From Dehalococcoidia bacterium (GTDB taxonomy: Bacteria; Chloroflexota; Dehalococcoidia; Lucifugimonadales; UBA3495), in assembly GCA_030740155.1 (NCBI GenBank), contig JASLXV010000051.1, forward strand, positions 1 to 10,085: a stretch of DNA of 10,085 nucleotides, written 5' to 3'. The notes below the pieces were generated by a model. The model saw nothing but the letters and a program-made list of their open reading frames with translations. It was not told the DNA's origin and searched no databases. The position numbers were made by a program, and so were the translations under genes. How positions within the stretch are numbered: position 1 is the stretch's first letter; the number at the start of each line of letters is the position of its first letter. Positions 6,813 to 10,085 of the stretch are shown here, one piece after another.

Positions 6813-8060
6813 ATGGGGATGACCATTGCCGAGAAGATTCTGGCGCAACATTCGGGCCAGACTGAGGTCAAGCCGGGAGACGTCGTGGTGGTCGGGGTGG
6901 ACGTGATATTGGACCTGGACCTTGGCTTCATCATCCAGGGGCTCCACCCCATGCCCACCCGGGTGGCCGATCCGGATAAGATAGTAATAATTCCCGACCA
7001 CTTCATGCCGGCCCCCAGCACCGAGGCGGCCAACGGCCTGAAGCGGATGCGCCAGTTTGCCGAAAAGTTCGGCATCAAGAACTTCTTCCCGGAGGGCGCC
7101 CACGGCATCGGCCACGTGGTGGTGGCCGAGCGGGGGTTCGCCCTTCCCGGCAAAATCCTGGCCTGCTCCGACTCCCACACCTGCTCCGCCGGAGCCATTA
7201 ACTGCCTGGCCCGGGGCCTTGGCGGCGCCGAAATGATGTACGTCATCTGCAAGGGCCAAACCTGGTACATGCTGGGGCCCACCACCAAGATTGTCCTCGA
7301 AGGCGAGTTGCCGGAGCGGGTCTATGCCAGGGACGTAATTCATTTCCTGGGCGGAGAATATGGCGACTTCGCCAACCGCAACCTGGAATGGCACGGCGAG
7401 GGTGTCCACAGCATGGCCATGCCTGGGCGTCTCACCATCACCACCATGTCCGCCGAGGTCTCGGCCGAGTTCTCCATCTTCCCCTACGACGCGGTCACCG
7501 AAGCCTACCTGGATGGCCGGGCCCAGACTTCCTTCGAGCCCGCCGCCCCCGACCCGGACGCCACCTACGAGGACACCATCACCATAGATCTCGGCGCACT
7601 GGAACCCCAGGTGGTCCTGCCGGGAAGGGTGCCCCACAACGTGGTCGGCATCCGGGAGGTGACCGGCACCAAGATCGACCAGGCCTTCGTCGGCTCCTGC
7701 GCCAACGGCCGGCTGGAGGACATCGCCCTGGTTGCCGAAATGCTGAAGGGACGCCAGATAGCCTCCGGCACCCGGTTCATCGTCACGCCGGGCAGCCAGA
7801 ACATCTTCAGGGAGGCGGTGAACGCGGGATACGTGGAGACCCTTCTAGCGGCAGGGGTGCTGTTCACCAATTCCACCTGCGGCCTCTGCTACGGAGGACA
7901 CATGGGGCTCCTGGCGGACGAAGAGGTTTGCATCACCTCGAGCACCCGAAACTTCAAGGGCCGCATGGGCAGCACCACGGCCAAGATATACATGGGCTCC
8001 CCGGCGGCGGTGACGGCCTCCGCCATCAAGGGTGTGATTACCGACCCCCGGGACCTGTAG
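6813..8060 (+). CDS. leuC: LeuC/HacA/DmdA-family [4Fe-4S] hydro-lyase large subunit (3-isopropylmalate dehydratase-like), 415 aa
   Basis: MGMTIAEKIL start, IPDH, DSHT, cluster cysteines in GSCANGR and TCGLCYGG, RNFKGRMG, and ITDPR end. RBS GAGGAGG. The symbol is a family-level call only; the context suggests it is not leucine biosynthesis. Confidence 0.92.
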   Translation: MGMTIAEKILAQHSGQTEVKPGDVVVVGVDVILDLDLGFIIQGLHPMPTRVADPDKIVIIPDHFMPAPSTEAANGLKRMRQFAEKFGIKNFFPEGAHGIGHVVVAERGFALPGKILACSDSHTCSAGAINCLARGLGGAEMMYVICKGQTWYMLGPTTKIVLEGELPERVYARDVIHFLGGEYGDFANRNLEWHGEGVHSMAMPGRLTITTMSAEVSAEFSIFPYDAVTEAYLDGRAQTSFEPAAPDPDATYEDTITIDLGALEPQVVLPGRVPHNVVGIREVTGTKIDQAFVGSCANGRLEDIALVAEMLKGRQIASGTRFIVTPGSQNIFREAVNAGYVETLLAAGVLFTNSTCGLCYGGHMGLLADEEVCITSSTRNFKGRMGSTTAKIYMGSPAAVTASAIKGVITDPRDL

Positions 8061-8102
8061 GGCGGGAGCGAGCCTGGACCGAAGATTTTGTCCGGAGGCA
8101 TC

Positions 8103-8612
8103 ATGTCGAATACATTCAACGGCCGGGTCTGGAAGTTCGGAGACGACATCAATACGGACCTTATCTTCCCCAACGTGGCTTTCATCAAGCCCGCGGCGGA
8201 GCAGCCGGCCTACTGCTTCTCCGCCAACCGCCCGGGCTGGTCCGGGGAGGTCAAACCGGGAGACTTGATTGTGGGGGGCCGCAACTTTGCCACCGGGTCG
8301 GGCCGGGCCATCGGGAGGATATTCGCCGGCCTGGGAATCGCGGGGATCCTGGCGGAGACCGTTAACGGCCTGGGCATGCGCAACTGCATCAATTTCGGGA
8401 TTCCCGTGCTGACGGCCCCCGGGGTGACCGGCTTCTTTGACGAGGGGGACATCGCCCAGGTGGACTGGGCCGGCGGCGAGGTCAAGAACCTCACCCAGGG
8501 CACCTCGATGAAGGGCAATCCCCTGCCTGAAGCCCTCAGGGACATCGCCGACGCGGGCGGCGTCATGCCCATATTGATCAAAGAGGGCTTTTTCGAGCCG
8601 CCGGGAAGGTGA
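8103..8612 (+). CDS. leuD: LeuD/HacB/DmdB-family hydro-lyase small (swivel) subunit, 169 aa
   Basis: GRVWKFGDDINTDLI, GRNFATGSGR, RNCINFGIP and AGG motifs. RBS GGAGG at 8094-8098 precedes ATG 8103. Directly follows the large subunit. Family-level symbol. Confidence 0.9.
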   Translation: MSNTFNGRVWKFGDDINTDLIFPNVAFIKPAAEQPAYCFSANRPGWSGEVKPGDLIVGGRNFATGSGRAIGRIFAGLGIAGILAETVNGLGMRNCINFGIPVLTAPGVTGFFDEGDIAQVDWAGGEVKNLTQGTSMKGNPLPEALRDIADAGGVMPILIKEGFFEPPGR

Positions 8613-8681
8613 GGAACGCGAGGCGCCCCGCCTACCGGAGGCCTTCGCTAATGTGCCCGCATGCCTGCCGGGCTTCTGTTA

Positions 8682-8729
8682 TTGCCACCTTGTTGCCACG
8701 TTGTTCAATGAACCCAATGGCAACGTGGC
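8682..8729. repeat. TTGCCAC direct repeats (11-bp period) plus an inverted copy in the convergent intergenic gap
   Basis: TTGCCACCTTG (8682-8692) is followed by TTGCCACGTTG (8693-8703). GCCACGTTG (8695-8703) is inverted at CAACGTGGC (8721-8729). Confidence 0.55.
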
Positions 8730-8751
8730 TGGTACGATGTGGGTGCGGCGC

Positions 8752-10085
8752 CTACCGCTCGACCCGCACCTTGACACCGTGGGCGCCGTCGGTAAAGTGG
8801 TCATAGGTTATCGTGTTCGCGCCGGGACGGAACAGCTCGGTGCAGTCCAGCAACTCCCCCCTGCCGCTGCTCTCCAGCACCTCTTTGCCCTGTAGAAAGT
8901 CGTAGATGATGCCTCCTTCAGCGGAGTTCCAGCGCCGAAACTCCCAAACCGGGGTGCCGTTGACCACCAGGGAGCCGTTCCAGCCTGCGTACTTGTTGGT
9001 TGTTGAGCTGCCCTCGCCGTAGGCGCCCACAAGCACCCTGCCGAAGTCTTCGGAGAGCTCCAGGCTCCAAGTCTTGGGCGCCTCTTGGAAGGTTATGGCG
9101 CCCAAGTCCCATTCCCACGCTGTCTCGCCGGATGGAATGATGCCCGGAGGTGTGGACGTGGGCGGAGGTGTTGGCTCCCGGGTGGGTTCTGGGGTAGGTT
9201 CTGGCGTTGGCTTTCGCGTCGGCTCCTGCGTCTTGTTGTGCACCAGTACGCCGGCCGCGACGTAGTTGTGGTGGCTACTTTCGACGCTAAGATTGTAGAC
9301 GGTAAACTCTCCCCTGACAGCCTTAATACCGGTGACAACGATGGCTTCGAGTTTTTCATCCTGCCCTATGCTCGCCAGCCGTTCCCCGGGTTTGAACTCG
9401 CCTATCGGTTTATATCTTGACTCATCCGGTGCATAGAAAGGGTGCTCTCTGGTTACTTGGATGGTTGTGCCATCGGCCAACTCCACTCTCATCAAACCGT
9501 TGACTTTACGGGATACAACGGCTGCGATATTGGCCTCCACCAGGGATGAGATGTTAGCCTCCACCCGCGTTTGAAAGTTGTGGTCGTAGGAGAGTACGAT
9601 GTCACCCTTCTGCAGTTCCTCAATAGCTATGAGGCCATTGGCCGTGAGGACTGGTGTGCCAGCAGCAAAGCAAAAAGGCAGATTCGGTGTCGGTGTGGGC
9701 GTACGGGTAGGCTCCCGGGTGGGTTCTGGGGTGGGTTCTGGGGTAGGTTCTGGCGTTGTGGACTTCAGTCTCACCGCTACTGACTGGCTGGAATCCATTT
9801 GAATCTGAGCCGTATTCCCATCTATGTTGAAAACCGGCCCGAACCATTCATCGACCTGCCAACCTTCTTTCAGCAGTATGTCTATGGTGACTACCATCCC
9901 TTTCGAGTAACCGCCTTTGCCTAGCGGGCTGGGGTTTAGCAGGACAGTAGCAGCTTCCTTTGGGTTGATGCTTACATCGAGTTGTCTGGCCAGAAAAGAG
10001 ACTGAGGGCTCAGCCGGGAGTGGGGTAGCAGTTGGTAAAGGGGCTGGGCTGGCGCATCCCATGGCCAACGCCAAGACGACGGTTA
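8752..10085 (-). CDS. putative lipoprotein with Hint (bacterial intein-like / pretoxin-HINT-type) domain between Pro/Thr linkers; 5' end outside the window
   Basis: The frame is open to the window edge (..TVVLALAMG-C, lipobox-like Cys at 10056-10054). It then has a beta-rich domain, a PTPE linker, Hint CFAAGTPV...VTREHPF...VYNLSV..HNY..GVLVHN, a second PTPE linker and a ~130-aa C-terminal domain. Stop TAG at 8754-8752. Confidence 0.88.
   Translation of the reverse strand, partial: TVVLALAMGCASPAPLPTATPLPAEPSVSFLARQLDVSINPKEAATVLLNPSPLGKGGYSKGMVVTIDILLKEGWQVDEWFGPVFNIDGNTAQIQMDSSQSVAVRLKSTTPEPTPEPTPEPTREPTRTPTPTPNLPFCFAAGTPVLTANGLIAIEELQKGDIVLSYDHNFQTRVEANISSLVEANIAAVVSRKVNGLMRVELADGTTIQVTREHPFYAPDESRYKPIGEFKPGERLASIGQDEKLEAIVVTGIKAVRGEFTVYNLSVESSHHNYVAAGVLVHNKTQEPTRKPTPEPTPEPTREPTPPPTSTPPGIIPSGETAWEWDLGAITFQEAPKTWSLELSEDFGRVLVGAYGEGSSTTNKYAGWNGSLVVNGTPVWEFRRWNSAEGGIIYDFLQGKEVLESSGRGELLDCTELFRPGANTITYDHFTDGAHGVKVRVER
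9173..9758. repeat. direct DNA repeats encoding the PTPEPT linkers on both sides of the Hint domain
   Basis: GGCTCCCGGGTGGGTTCTGGGGTAGGTTCTGGCGTTG at 9173-9209. The same sequence with one extra 12-bp unit (GTGGGTTCTGGG) lies at 9710-9758. Confidence 0.85.
9235..9672 (-). other. Hint domain, 146 aa, no homing endonuclease
   Basis: Block A Cys1 (CFAAGT, codon 9672-9670), block B TxxH (TREH), block F VYNL and block G HN (9240-9235). The next residue is Lys, not Cys/Ser/Thr. Confidence 0.9.

Noticed and set aside
5379..7637. 752-aa minus-strand ORF
   Set aside because: Antisense shadow of the CoA-transferase and leuC-like genes, as expected in high-GC3 DNA. No recognisable motifs.
7388..8365. 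325-aa alternative-frame ORF with a His run
   Set aside because: Out-of-frame overlap with the leuC/leuD-like genes. The His run derives from ACC-ATC codons of the real frame.
9235..9672. Canonical self-splicing intein or homing element
   Set aside because: The +1 residue is Lys, there is no LAGLIDADG/HNH insert, and the host site is a disordered linker of an exported protein rather than a conserved enzyme motif. BIL/pretoxin-type Hint fits better.

Overview
This is a GC-rich bacterial window. By gene content and style it is plausibly Chloroflexota/Dehalococcoidia (SAR202-like); that placement is inference only. Left part (1-1400): a near-consensus sigma70 promoter in front of a decayed reading frame, a REP palindrome with nested GTCATTCCGAG-type palindromic repeats, a run of hairpins, and a minus-strand pair of small membrane ORFs. 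One of the pair is a 31-aa peptide missing from the ORF track that looks like a bare type IV prepilin N-terminus. Middle (1674-8612, + strand): a probable organic-acid uptake and catabolism cluster. It has two translationally coupled MFS transporters (OFA/MCT-like and GlpT/UhpC-like), a classical SDR, and a separately promoted operon of a CaiB/BaiF class III CoA-transferase plus a divergent LeuC/LeuD-type [4Fe-4S] hydro-lyase. Right part (8752 to window end, - strand): a putative lipoprotein with a complete Hint (bacterial intein-like, Cys1...TxxH...His-Asn) domain inside a Pro/Thr linker that is duplicated at DNA level, followed by an unrecognised C-terminal beta-rich domain. The best candidates for new biology are the Hint lipoprotein, the mini-prepilin peptide and the CoA-transferase/LeuCD pathway.
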